63,812 nt of DNA, filler included, from Octopus bimaculoides (GCF_001194135.2; 5 parts of 4 records of this genome joined end to end with filler, not necessarily neighbours in it), one strand, 5' to 3'; counted from the first letter of the whole stretch, positions 48,691-63,042 are shown. Numbers and translations are program-made. The notes: generated from the sequence alone by a model not told the origin.

Positions 48691-49599
48691 ATGACTTTCT
48701 TCCTTGCTTTTCATTTGCAGACTTGATTATTGCATAAGAAGCAATATTTACTGCTTTCGAACTGGAGTTGTATAATATTTGCCATATTATCAGAATTTGC
48801 TGTCTAATCTCAAAATGGGATGAAGTGTATTTGATGATTTTGGTTAATAAACTTTTCTGATCAATTATGGATTCATTTGTGTTTTCTATATAACCCTTAG
48901 TTATGCCAGATACTAACCAACTGTTTTTTTTTTTTACTACGATAGACTGATTTGTGTTATTTCTGTTGTCTTTTGTTGAGTATATGTATAGAAAGTGTGA
49001 GGGGTTGGATGGAAACTATATGCTTGCTAAATATTCATCTCTAGCTGTTTCCAATAGTATTTAAGAAGGAGAAAATAGAATGACTGAAAATAAAAATCTG
49101 AGGAAAATATTAGCATTTTTAACGAGGGTAATGCGAGTCAGAGCCTTTGGTAAAGATTTAAAATTAAAACTTATTTATAACGAAATGATAAAACATTTGA
49201 GAATGTTGTGTCTGTATTTTGGTATTTAAAATATAAGAGGCAGAAGGAAGCATTTGAAGTGATCCGACAATTTGGCTCAGCTTCCATTAGATATTATTAC
49301 CGTATTTGACAGCATATAAAACACACATTTTGTTTTTTGTTTTTGTTCTTCAAAACATAAAAGAAAGAAGCTACAAAATATTCGTCCGGATCTTATATAC
49401 AGAGTTGGGGCCTCCCATAAGTCTTGATGCAAACTTTATATTGTTTGAATATGCACTGCTGGAACCGGGATGTGCTTTATATGCCCCTCGTATATCTTTT
49501 ATGCCTTCAAATACGCTCACTACAATAAGTGCTGGGAGGCATCCCTGCCTGTGTCTGTGTGTGCGGTTGAGCACTGTTATGTCATTATCACATTTTAAA

Positions 49600-50110
49600 A
49601 GTTAAACAACGCCTTATTCACAAAGTGACGTTGTAGGTTCGATTCCTAAGGGAGGAGATAACCTACTATAGTCTTGAGTGACAGAGTCAGGTGGCAGCAA
49701 CCGTTTCATGGATCGATGGTAATTTCTTGGAGTACAAAAGACGGATTCCTGGTAAGTGGAGTCGTATAACGTGGTTTCAATTCTTAGTTGAAAACAATTC
49801 CCTTCAGTTACACAAATTATCCCCTTGAAGGAGCTTGAATATTATTAAATCTCATTTTCCCTTTAAAGACTAAAGTAGAGTAAAGGACCAACGAGGAAGA
49901 TTGTATGTGGAGGCTTTAAATGCTAGAAATAGCAGCATCATAATACTCATATGATATCGGCTGTCTTGAAGAATGAAAGACCTATTATATAATGTAGTCT
50001 AAGACACACTGCCCCAAAACAGGATTGCCACGTCTGGAAAGACTTTGATTGCAAGTCTGCTTAAGGAAGACTAATCTAGCATTAATAAACAACAAAACTC
50101 GGCCTAAACA
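49600..50110 (+). mobile_element. Unclassified SINE-like repeat
   Basis: B-box-like ggttcgattcc near 49637; motif gctagaaatagcagc also present at 46766-46884. Confidence 0.35.
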
Positions 50111-51918
50111 TTAGGTTGTATATGGAATTGAAATACGATAAATGAGTAAATATGAAATCAAAATTGAAAGATGAAGAAAATTCGATGTCCTTTCTGGGCC
50201 TTCACTTATTTCTCTCCTTCTTCGCTGAACTCATCTTAGGACCTTTAACATCTACTCATAACTGCTAACATTTTCAACACCCTCAAATATCTGACATCAA
50301 TGACCTATTCTACTTTTGGTCCCCACTCACTATAACCACCCCTATGTACCTCGGACAGCCATCTCTATCACTGTACATCTCTCTTTTTGTCTCTCTATCT
50401 CTCTCTCTCGCCCCCCTCACTTCCTCTCCTTGTACATCATCTCCCTATATTCTCATCTATCTACAGCCGCCCTCCACGCTTTCTATGCCATCACTTAACA
50501 CCCCTCCTTCCTCACCCCCTCCTTTTCATTCGCCTCCCCACTTCCCCCATTATATACTGATACCATCCACCCTATCTCCATCCTTGTTCCTTTCACTACA
50601 TTCCCCTCTAGACCCATCCACTCTCTCCTTACTCTCCACTGAACTCATCATCCACTCTTTCTTTGCCTGCAGCATTCTCTCTTATACTCACCCTCTCGTG
50701 TCTTGAAAGCAGACACTGACACCTCAGCGCTGTCTACTTTCCAGGTACCTCTCCATCCACCCTTATATCATGCTGGGTAGACATACCTATTCTACAGCAA
50801 GACACCTCTACCTGTCCATCAATCATACTTTTTAGCCTTTCTCCACCAGGCATAAATCCCTGCGCCCCACCTTCGCCTCCACTACAACCTCACTCAATCG
50901 AGACGGGGTTACATGGCGACCTCATTACTTAGTATTCTGTGAGTTACATGGCGATCCCGCTAATAGTGTCGACGCCTTTAAACGTGTTCTCAATAGTGAA
51001 TATTATTAAATTGTTGTTAATTTGAAGCAAAGTGTGAAAGAGTAACGAGGGAATGTTCAACGCTACGGCTAGGATCGATAGTAGTGGTGGGGATAATGTA
51101 TCAGTTTCATATATTTCCTCAGCTGTAGTTGTGGGTTCAAAAGTTGCCATTATTGACTGTGAAGGAGAAGGTTGCTGCTTGAAGTCGTATCAGTAGCGAA
51201 GAGATGGCGGGAAGTAGCATCCTAACGATAGCTTTGAAGCTAGTGCAGACCTCTGTTAAAAAATCTGGATGGAAATCTGAAGAAACAGTGTATCGTAAGA
51301 AATCGGTATATTTTGTAGAGTTAATGAAGTAGATTGTCTGGAAAATTGCTTTGTATATGCCGTTAATAAATAATTGAAGAGAAAATTAGGGCAGCGAGGA
51401 AGATACGGAGGAATCAAAGTTATTTTGAGGGGGAAAAAACAAAGGCAATAGTAGATGAGATTGGATGAGAAAAAAAGGTATTAAAAAGAAGGATGCAGTC
51501 AACAAATCGATAGATGAAGCTAAGGAACAGAAGTGGGGAGATCAAGAAAAAGGTTGGATATTGATTAGAGGGAAATATAAACGGGAAACTGAAAATCAAA
51601 TTGTGTCATCAAAATAGAGGTGGGGGGGGGAAGATAAAANNNNNNNNNNAAAGACGGAAAGAAGGAAGGAGAAAAGGGAAAATAAAAATTTTATGATATT
51701 TAGTGTAAGTGGCAATGAATATCATCCGATTTCACTGACTTCCTCTGTAAATTCATGGTCTGAAATGAATTTCTTAAGTGTGAAATCTCAAACTGCGTCT
51801 AGTTGTGCGTTTTAATCATAAAGCTTTCGTTCGTAGTTCGTACTTTTAAGGCAGTTTGTATATTTATCTAAATTTTCATTTTTTAAAAACCTTCATCGTT
51901 TATATTTACTTGTGTATA

Positions 51919-53400
51919 CGGGGGAGGGGAGTCGGGCTAAATTTGGCAGTTTGCACAAAAGAAAAAGAAAACACATTATCCTTTCCAAAAATAAAAGTAT
52001 TTTAAAAGAATCAAAAAATTTTTTAACTAGATTATGGCTGGGAGTTCACTCAAAGTAGCCGCCCTCAGCTTCCACGATGACCACCAGACGGCTCCGGAAT
52101 CTGGCAAATGTGTCCTGGGGAAGATCTTTGAACACCTCATTGATCTTGCTCAACACCTTGACCCTGGTGTTGTTAGCAGAGCAGTTGGTATCTCTGTCAA
52201 TTGCGCCCCACACTTAGTAACCCATACGGTTACAATCGGGGAGAATTAAGGAGCTAGAAATTGGGACTAGTAAAGTGGTAGAAATTCTCCGACGGCCATT
52301 TCTGATTCTTTTCAGAGATACTGCAAAAAAGCCGAATCCTGCTGCCACACACACACACACACGGCCATCGAGTAGCAACCTTCTCCAGCTTGACTACAGT
52401 CTCCAGCAGCTTCACATGTCCATTTGAATTGAGCCTAAAGCCCTGTTTAAAGATGTGGGGCGGCATGATGTCACCCTCACTGGAGTCACACCCAAAATAC
52501 CATCACACTTTGGGCAAACTTTACAATGTTCACAGAGCATTGAACAACAGTCATGATGTCGGCATTTTCACACCTGGGGCTAATCATCATGATACAGGTA
52601 ACTCTTTTCCAATATTTAAAGTCCTCCTCCATCTCACCTAACTTTTTCTCAACTACGAAGGAAGTCAAAAATTATTCGCTCTTTCGCCATAACGTATCTT
52701 TATTATTGTCACACTGCCCTCTTCGTATGCGCGCTGATAGTTGGTACTATTGTGGTCACATGATCGAAATTTGAGCCTGATCGCGCCATTTTTCTTTCTG
52801 GCTTTATAGTGAAAGCATGACCGCTCCACTAGCAATGTGCACCAAAGAAGAACAAAGAACAGTGATCCGATTTCTTTGGTTGGAAGGTATGTCGGTTGCT
52901 GAAATTCATTGGAGGCTTTTAGCATAATACGGGGACAGTGCACAACCGTGTAGAAGTGTGTATGAGGGGATCGAGAAGTTTAAAAGTGGCCGGACAAGCA
53001 AGACGCCCGTCAACCTCCACCATTGCGAAAAGATTCAGCAAGCTCGAGGGATGATAATGGTGAACCGGTTCGCCATTACCATCTCTCGGATCGCTGTTTT
53101 TGTTCATCTTTGGTGCACATCGCTAGTGGAGCAGCCATGCTTACGCTGTAAAGCCAGAAAGAAAAATGGCGCAACCAGGCTTAAACTTCGATTACATGAC
53201 CTCAATAGTACCAACTATAAGCACGCATACACAGAAGGCAGTGTGACAGTAATAAAGATATGTTATGGCGAAAGTGCGAATAACGTTTGACTTCCCCTCG
53301 TACAACTTTAATCTTTATGCTCTCCACGACCAATATATCAAGATGTTCTTGAAAAGAAAAAGGAGACATAAAAATCGTCAAATTTAGCCCGAACACTCTG
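51919..53400 (-). mobile_element. Internally deleted maT (DD37D)-like transposon
   Basis: TIRs share tcgggctaaatttg with TA flanks; MEEDFK N-terminus joined to SVMVF..GDIMPPHIFKQGFRLNS...LETVVK...SENFYHFTSPN. Confidence 0.85.
52656..53300. mobile_element. Palindromic mariner MITE (both ends derived from the 5' end) nested in the maT-like element
   Basis: TA TSD at 52654-55 and 53301-02; ~215-bp inverted arms each containing the transposase start (APLA.CTK.EQ..VIR); centre encodes an HTH fragment (SVYEGIEKFKSGRTS). Confidence 0.9.
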
Positions 53401-55486
53401 TATATGTTTGGGTTAATGGAACACCGTTCAAGAATTAACGAACATTGATGGTTAGAAATCTTTTGTAATACATGTTGGACAATATTATGAAAGTGGTTCA
53501 TAGTTATTGAAGACAAAATGAATAGGAAGGATGAACTGTAAGTAACGTGAATGTGATTCGACATTAAAATTCGAGGCTGGTGTCTTTTATCAAACACAAC
53601 GCAAGCAAGTCGATTAAGAAAAAGTAGAAGAGGGCGGGAAGCAACTCAATGCCAAAGCAACATAGATTCGTGTGGATCACAAAGTGACTCTCATCTGATG
53701 TTGAATTCGCCATATTTTTTTATAACCGTAAGCAAGAGATTCCGGATCTTTCGATCAAACTATTTGACGGTAAGACTCGCACAGTTTCTTTGACGTTCAC
53801 AGCATCAACCATAACAATCAGCCAATGCTGGTTGGTCGAAAGGCGTTTGTGCTTTTTATGGCGGAGCTTTTTAGCGATACGGTAGGTCGTGGTACTGACC
53901 TGGGAAATTCTGTGATCGAGGGTTCAAAACTCTGTGGGAGTCTTGCTAACAAATGTTACACAAAAGACCAACGCCAATAGAATGAGACCACAACACAGTT
54001 TTGATATTTACTTGACTTCATGTCTCTTTACAATAATAAAACTCTCTAGAACGACATTAATGAAATGTCATTCAAATTTATCCTTAAAATGAAATGTGTA
54101 TCAATCGGAAAACAAAGTTAGCGCGAAATATTTACGTATTTCCAAACCAAATAACACATTTCTCTCCCAGTNNNNNNNNNNCCACCTTAATACATCTAAA
54201 ACTACTTTTTTTATTTGAACAGTTTATTTATAAACATATTTCACGAAAATCATTTGACAACTGTTTACCTTCTCTCCCTCCTTCACCCTCTCTCTCACAC
54301 ACATACACATGTACTCTCTCTCGTTGTATCTCTCTAACTCTCCTCTTTTCTCTCTCTCACACTCCCTCCCCTTCTTTTCTCTCTCCCTCTCTTCGTTTCA
54401 ATAACTATTGTTATTATTATTATCATTATTTTATCAAGTGATAATTGTTTTCGCTTGTCAGTGATTAATACATTCCTGGACCAGTAGATGATAAATTGTG
54501 TTTACATTTACTGGGGATTGCTAGAAAATTGTTGTTCGAAAATTAATAACACAAAACAATACTTCGGGATTTGTTTAAAAATAAACAAAAATTGGCAAAA
54601 GACTCCATTTGATCACATGCTCACAGTTCATTTGATGTGTGCATTTACATGTGTGTGTATGTATTTATGTGTGTGTGTGTATGTGTATACACAAGTATAC
54701 GCACTTACATGGCTGGAAGTCAACTCGTGACCGAGTCAGACCATTTCCTAAACTCAGTAAGTCTGTGCAAACGTTCCAAGAGTCAAAGAAATTCCTGTCA
54801 TTGAATTTGTTTTGAATGGATAAAATGTTGCACAGCACAGACCCCACTTTTCAGGGGAACCAATTATAAAACCAGAAACACAAGACAGGTTGAGACGATC
54901 AGGAACCGACTGCACTTGAGGTCTTTTTTTTTATAAACGAGTTTAACCCATAAAGCGCTGGGATTTGCACTTACATAGCATGGACTGCTGAGCACATTTT
55001 ATGAAAATGAGACAACCATACACACATAAAAAACAAAAAATAGTCAAAATATCTTCTTAGTATATAATGGTGGCAAGTTTTACATCATCTGAAAAGTCAT
55101 TAGTTGAACTATTAGTCCTCTTGCATTTTAGAGGGTATCGGAGCGTTTGAGTGACATTAGACCCCCAACAAACGCCCATAAATTAAACGCATATGGGTCA
55201 CGATCGTGGCCTGTCGACCTGTGCCTGACGGCCACGATCATGGCCCGTCGCGCTTTATGTGTAAACCTTCTTCCGTAAGAAGGTTCCACCGAGAATTAGG
55301 AGTCCTTCATTCTCAGTAGTTCACGTGCTAGTTAACCCATAGCTGGGACCCTAACAAGGATTGCTTCTCCGGGTCAGGGTTGACCTGGGAACAATGATGG
55401 CCAAGAGATGGTTCCATATTCCTTAAAACCTAGCAACCCCCATTTTATGCCATTTTATGTATGTCCGCAGTCAAATGACTGAAATA

Positions 55487-55617
55487 TATGTGATAAGAAG
55501 TTTGCTTCTCTACCACGTGGTTCCGGGTTCAACATCACTGCGCGGTACCTTGGGCAAGTGTTCTCTAGTATAATCTTGGTGGATTTGGTAGAAGGAAACT
55601 GAAATAAGCCCGTTCGA
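55487..55617 (+). mobile_element. Family A SINE 5' part
   Basis: gtgataagaagtttgcttc...ggttccgggttcaac...ccttgggcaagtg. Confidence 0.75.
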
Positions 55618-56584
55618 TATATATATATATATATATATATANNNNNNNNNNNNNNNNNNNNNNNNNNNNNNNNNNNNNNNNNNNNNNNNNNNNNNNNNNN
55701 NNNNNNNNNNNNNNNNNNNNNNNNNNNNNNNNNNNNNNNNNNNNNNNNNNNNNNNNNNNNNNNNNNNNNNNNNNNNNNNNNNNNNNNNNNNNNNNNNNNN
55801 NNNNNNNNNNNNNNNNNNNNNNNNNNNNNNNNNNNNNNNNNNNNNNNNNNNNNNNNNNNNNNNNNNNNNNNNNNNNNNNNNNNNNNNNNNNNNNNNNNNN
55901 NNNNNNNNNNNNNNNNNNNNNNNNNNNNNNNNNNNNNNNNNNNNNNNNNNNNNNNNNNNNNNNNNNNNNNNNNNNNNNNNNNNNNNNNNNNNNNNNNNNN
56001 NNNNNNNNNNNNNNNNNNNNNNNNNNNNNNNNNNNNNNNNNNNNNNNNNNNNNNNNNNNNNNNNNNNNNNNNNNNNNNNNNNNNNNNNNNNNNNNNNNNN
56101 NNNNNNNNNNNNNNNNNNNNNNNNNNNNNNNNNNNNNNNNNNNNNNNNNNNNNNNNNNNNNNNNNNNNNNNNNNCTTAGAGATCAAGAACTAAAAAGTAC
56201 GGGATGGCTTTTTGCCCGAAACTACATCGTTCTGTCGCTCCCTCCCCGCCCCTCTTTTCCTTTCTCTAATATTTTATTTTATCGCAATAAAAATAGATAA
56301 ACGACGCGTGATATGTAACGTAAATATTTTCTGAAAATTCCTTTAATGTAATAAATGAAAATGTAAACTCTGAATCATTTAAATATCAGCGCTGAGACAA
56401 GATTGGATGGAAATTTTATAGTTTGGTAGAATCGTGTCACCGGAAAGGCTTGAAGAAAACAATATTTTTTTGTTTATTTGTTTGTTTTTAATAGAATAGA
56501 GAAAAAATGATGCTTTGATTTGGTGAGGTGTCAGTTAACTTGAGGCATATTTAATGAAGTGATAGAAGACAAAAAGATGATGAC

Positions 56585-57215
56585 GATGATCTTTTTGTTT
56601 TTATTGGCCACAAAGGCCAAAGGACAATGAAAAGGATAATGCAAAAACAAGGGACAAGTGGGGCTTAACACAAAAATACATATAAACAATAAAACAATAA
56701 CAATTAACAACAAAATTCCCCAAAAGTGGTGGGGGTGGGGTGAGATTCCCCCAGAGGCAACCAAGGAACTCTGCACATCCTGGTCACCCCAACTGCCAAA
56801 GGTACCTCAGACAGAAACCTCTCTCCTCTTCATCCACTCCTGCCGTGCGTCCAAAATGATAGTTCAGTCCCCCATTAGTACTAAAGTGCGAGACATTTTC
56901 AGAAAAGTTTCAAGATGCTTGAAGAAATCTGGCCTTCCAGCCCGTGCTGGAGCATAAACGGCCAACAATCTAAATGTGCTACTTTCACTGTCACTCACGT
57001 CCAGGTCCAAGAACATTGCCTGTCCTTTGAGATCTAAGGGTTTTCCGAATAGCACTGCTACCTCGCCGTCTACTCCCGTCAGACCACGCGATAAAAATAT
57101 CTCATAGTCGTGGGCGCTAGTGCTTGCGCATTAGAAACCCTTGTCTCGCTAATTGCGGCCACATCTAATTCCAGCAACCTGAGGTCATTGATCACGTGAA
57201 AATAAACCTGTTCTT
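56585..57215 (-). mobile_element. L1/Tx1-like LINE remnant: APE endonuclease fragment joined to a 3' UTR
   Basis: LRLLELDVAAISETR, FRLLAVYAP...FFKHLETFL...LVLMGD; then T-rich UTR, AATAAA and an A-rich tail near 56590-56605. Confidence 0.75.
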
Positions 57216-58191
57216 TTCCATAATGGCATTTCAACTTCGGAGAATTCTTGACTCTTGAGATTATCTTCCTTCTTTAATTGTCATTTGGTAATTATGGTAC
57301 TTCCTCACGAGGCGGAAAGAATTTTAGAAAAATATAGAATTTGTGTCGCAGGATATTTGCTATACTTATATTTGCTTGTTTCGTAAATGTGTGTGTGTGT
57401 GTTTAAAAAAATTGCACAGAAGGACGACAAAGAAACAGACGGAAAATTCACACAAAACATGGACATGCTCTTCCATTATCAGTTATTGTCCAAAAATCAT
57501 AACAATTTCGCGCCTTTAATATTGTACATTTTAGTGACATCAACGGCAAAAAGTTGCTGGGAATAAATGAAGAGACGTAAAGAACGGTGACAAAAACAAA
57601 CGACACAGGTAGATACAGGTACAATTTATATAAATAGAGACACATAAAGGCTTTACGGCCATCAGACAGCATTAGGACAAGATATGTGTAATGGAAAATG
57701 ATGTCCCAATGGAGATGGAAAAGGGAAATGGAGAGATGGAAAGATAGAAAGAAAGGTGGGGGGAAAAAGAAATGCGAAGTCGAAAATCCGAGAGAAACAT
57801 GACAGAAGAGGTGAGCGGTCAAGCAAAAACAGGAAAACTGAACGGAGAAATGGGATGATCAGAGGTAAGCGAGAAGGAAGTAGGGGAGAGAAAGAGACGG
57901 AGATGGAAGCAAAGTAAAGGGAAGAAAGTGGGGGCGGAGGGGCAGATAGAAAGAAAGAAATGCAGGGGAAGATAGAAGAGACAGTAGAGAGAAAGAAAGG
58001 GAATAAAGGAGGGGTGCAGAGAATAAAAGAGGGAGAATAGTAAAGTGAAGGGAGGAGGGGGCAGGAAAAGAATTGCTCCCACTCTTTGCTTGCGTCTCTT
58101 CTACCTCGGTTTCTTTCTCTACTCTTCTCTGTTCTCAGTACTTAATACGTTTTGCTATTGTACATATTTAGTAAAGTTTAGTAAAGTTCTA

Positions 58192-58320
58192 CTTGTTTGT
58201 CATAAGATTGCGACCATGCTGGGGCACCGCCTTGTAGAATTTTAGTCAAACTCGAAGGTGCCACGTGGTGGGACTGAACCCGGAACCATGTGGTTAGGAA
58301 GCAAACTTCTTACACAGCCT
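58192..58320 (-). mobile_element. Family A SINE with large internal deletion
   Basis: Tail segment gcgaccatgctggggcaccgcc joined to head segment aaggtgccacgtggtgggactgaacccgg. Confidence 0.7.
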
Positions 58321-58657
58321 GCTTTGTAAAATTTTATACACGCGCGCGCGCATTATAATATTCGCTTCAAAACTTCAAAGATAAACATTAAAAATATATT
58401 TAAAAAAAACAATTATTTTATAAATCGTTTGAATGCTAAAGGGATTTCTTAATCACCCCAGGTGTGTGTGTGTATATGTGTCTATACACACATATACATA
58501 CATACATACATACATACCTACACATGCACCAGTTCACCTACCAGTCAGAGGCCATCTGGATATTTCTGAATAAAAAACAACTACCTCAGCAGATTTTATG
58601 GCAGATGGTGTGTGTAGAGGCTATTTGGTGAATGAATGGAGTTTATTACCACACAGC

Positions 58658-58741
<84 letters not shown>

Positions 58742-59282
58742 NNNNNNNNNNNNNNNNNNNNNNNNNNNNNNNNNNNNNNNNNNNNTTAATTAATTAANNN
58801 NNNNNNNNNNNNNNNNNNNNNNNNNNNNNNNNNNNNNNNNNTATATATGTGTGTGTGTGTGTGTGAGTTGGTGAGAGTCAAGTCTAGATAAGGAAGAGTA
58901 GTGCTCAAATGAATGTGAACTTAAACTCCGACTTCTTTTTCCAGGGCAAGGCCCACAGCATCGAGAATGTCTAGGAGAGAAATTCTGAATCGAGTTGTTT
59001 CGGCGGTAGTGAGGTAGAGATAGACGGCCAGGCTTGATAGCTTGATACATGCATTTACACGGAGCATATATAAATGTACTGCTCATATATATATATATAT
59101 ATATATATAAATGCCTGTATTTATCCACCTTACTATCTCACTGTTGTGTGGATCATTTGTCAGTCTTATTTCAAGATTTCTTGCCAATAGAGAAAGAGCC
59201 GGTTTCTAACCTAGATCCAAGGCTCCTTCATCGGAATTTCAACAACATCAACAGGGTATTTTTTGCATGTATGCGTGTGTGT

Positions 59283-59548
59283 TTGCAGTATTTGGAGTTA
59301 GTGCATGACCATGATTTCCATTCTCAGAACGGCTGTGCGCTGTCTTCTTGAGCAAAATGCTTCACTTCACATTACTCCAGTATACTCAGCCGTGAATGGG
59401 TAACCCTGCAACGGACTGGCCTTCCAATCAGGGCAAATGTTGGCCTGTTTGCCAAACCAGCGAGGTGGCTCCATTCGAAAGCTAAAACGGTGCAAAGCGT
59501 AGCGTGACCAGCGATGTATAACATCTGATAGTCTGGTCGATCACGTGA
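59283..59548 (+). mobile_element. Family G tRNA-derived SINE
   Basis: Degenerate head, ttcttgagcaaaatgcttcacttcac, gggtaaccctgcaacggactggcc; similar to 21155-21380. Confidence 0.6.
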
Positions 59549-60690
59549 TATATATATATATATAATGGTGTGGTTGGCCTTTTTTAGTCGCTGGTCGACA
59601 ACATTGCAGAGAAAGTAGCTTAACCACTTCTGTTGTGCCTGGGATGTTTCCAGAAGCAAATACGAAACCCCAAACACACTCACAATCTCTCCATTCATGG
59701 ATACACCATGAAGGAAATACAAATCTACATGTTCACAGCTTCAATGGGGCCGCCAGGGTATAACAGATACGAGTGTAATCGTATATATGCACCTTAGGGT
59801 ACCCTCCCACCCGGTTTTCTGTAGGGGGCTTACTTACTCCCTTAGCATGTTCTAAACATTCAGTAAGTTTCCCCACCAGGCAACATCAGTTTTATACATC
59901 TTTGGCTTCTAATATAAGCCGGATTACACAATGCCGGATTACACAGATTAAAAGCGGTCACGCAAATGTAACCCTGATTACTTTACTAGAGGCTTACCAC
60001 TGCGCGATTAATTTTGTTGTTTCGTTACTAAATCTTCACAGCACCGTTCTCTCTTTTTTTTAATTCACTAGAAACGTGTTTTAAAATAAGAAAAAACATT
60101 CTTCCAAACAGTTAATTATAATAACTTGAAGGTAGAAATATTCAAAAGAAAATCAAAAGCCACACGCTTAATCTAACCACTGAGACCCCACCGGATTTTC
60201 TTTCGAAGCGCATTTGTGAAGGCCTTAATTCTAACGTTCCCACTTCTATGTGGCAGTCTGTATTCTCTGCAGGGAAGGTAAGCTCTCAATGAATTTACTA
60301 TTCACAGTGAGTCCTCAGGAGGTTTGCTCTTCAGGAAGAGAGAAGGTCCTTAGGGGGTGATCTCTTCGGTCCTTAGGGGGTTAACGCGCAGTGTTAGATT
60401 TAGTTTTAAACATCGACATCTTCATATTATGATGCTTAGTTGTGTAAGCAGGGTGTTTCCGCCTTCATGATGTGTTACTAATGAATAAACAAACGTGCAT
60501 CGCGAAGGATTCGTAGAAGCAAAAATTATAAACAACGATCGTGTCCGCACATAATTATGTCAGGATTAAAAGAGGAATCGGATCGTCTGTTGTTGGGGAC
60601 ACACACACACATAGATGGATAGATAGATAGATACAGAGATGGATAGACAGAGAGAAAGAGAGAGATACAGAGATATATAGATAGAGAAAT

Positions 60691-60725
<35 letters not shown>

Positions 60726-61277
60726 TTTATACACAAACTGACATATACGCACACATACAAACATACATACATACATACATACGCACCTACTTACAATCCT
60801 GTATACGTACAAACATACATAAAATACATAAAATACATAAAATAGTTAGAACACAACTCTAAGAGTTTGGGAAGTGATTGGCTACCCTATCCTGCCTAAA
60901 ATACTTTATACTGGAAACTTTATCCTTGAAACTTGTTTTAATAAGAGATAATGAGATCCCTGGAAGTAAGGGCCAGCGGAAAAGTGCAAAAAGGGTAACA
61001 TGATGAATATGTGTACAAGAACGTCTAATGAAGTAAATACACCTGTCTATGGATATGTGTATGCATACATGCACACGTAAGTATATATATGTGTGTGAGT
61101 GTGTGTATAGAAATATATATATATATATATATACACACAAACACACACAAATATACATACGTGTGTGTGTGCGTGATGCGTTTTCTATGTATTTATTTTC
61201 AAAAGGTATAAACCGGTACGGATACAGATCATTGATAATAGATATTGAGTAAGTGAAACAATATATGGAGAAAGAAG

Positions 61278-61394
<117 letters not shown>

Positions 61395-62077
61395 AGAGAG
61401 AGAAAGAAACAGAAAGCGAGAGCAAAGTAAGGAAGGCAGGGCGACGAGAAGAGATTTCTTTCCCGAAGGGGGTTGGAGTGTAAGGTGTTTATTTTAACAA
61501 CTGGAATGCACTTGAGGTTTGTCTAAATAAATAAGAAACCCAGAACTTGTAGATCAGATTACCAATAGAGATAGATACACACTTCTCAAGAACAACTGCC
61601 GTTGGTGACATACCTGTGCGTAAGTACTACGAAATACACTGGTCTGTGTGCGTGTGCGTGTATACATACATACATATATATATATATATACATACATGTT
61701 CACTCTCAAATGATTTATGTTATATAAATACATTCACAAATCATTATACGTACATATATAATATATATATATATATATTCTCACAAATCATTGATTATAT
61801 ATATGTTCACTCACAAACCATTATATATATCTATATACACGCATACACATACCCAAATACATAAGTACATAGGAATATATGAAAATATATACATATATAT
61901 ATACAAAAGCAGATATATATACACACACCCAAATATGAGTACACACAGGCATATATATATATATATATATATATATANNNNNNNNNNNNNNNNNNNNNNN
62001 NNNNNNNNNNNNNNNNNNNNNTTAATTAATTAANNNNNNNNNNNNNNNNNNNNNNNNNNNNNNNNNNNNNNNNNNNN

Positions 62078-62136
<59 letters not shown>

Positions 62137-62423
62137 GAAATAGTGTGTGTGTGTGTACGTACGCGTAAGTATATCTGTGTATGTTTAGCTAAATAATCGA
62201 GACAAACGTGTATATTCTCATGAATACAGTGATTATAGATAGGAAGGTCAAATGGTACATACATATACATACATACATACATACATACATACATAAAAAC
62301 ATACATACATACATGTATGTTTATGTGTGTGGATTTGAATATATTTATTTTTGTATAATAAGCATGTATCTACATAAGAACATAATGTGCACATATACAT
62401 ATATCATAGAAACATATATGAAG

Positions 62424-62456
<33 letters not shown>

Positions 62457-62477
62457 ACACACACACACAATACATAC

Positions 62478-62526
<49 letters not shown>

Positions 62527-62765
62527 ACATATATATATGTACATATGTATTTATGTGTCCATGTAGACATTCACAAATATATACTTTCTCACATGTTCAC
62601 ATCAGCACGTATATATTTAGTTACGTCTAGGTACATAATAAGAGAAATAGATGTATATTTAGAAACATATACTGATATGTAAAGTAATATAGACAAATAC
62701 ATGATCAGATTGCAAAATAAACAGGAATTAATATAATTGACTTAAGTTCACACATATATAGTTAA

Positions 62766-62980
62766 ATTCTTTTCTACTCTAGGCACAAGGCCCGAAATAT
62801 GTGGGCGGAGGCCAGTCGCTTAAATCGACTCCAGTATGCAACTGGTACTTAATTTATCGACTCCGAAAGGATGAAAGGCAAAGTCGACCTCAGCAGAAAT
62901 TGAACTCAGAATGTAAAGACAGACGAAATACCGCTTAGGATTTCGCCCGGTGTGCTAACGTTTCTCCCAGCTCACCACCC
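62766..62980 (-). mobile_element. Family B SINE, near consensus
   Basis: attcttttctactctaggcacaaggcccgaaa...atcgactccgaaaggatgaaaggcaaagtcgac...tttcgcccggtgtgctaacg. Confidence 0.9.
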
Positions 62981-63042
62981 TCATTTATAGTTAAATTAGA
63001 GGATTACCTTGATACATTTGTTAGGTATAAATTTATTGTTCA

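Noticed and set aside
49123-49490. Possible mariner MITE with cgaggg / ccctcg ends
   Set aside because: Only 6 bp of TIR match and the left flank is AA, not TA
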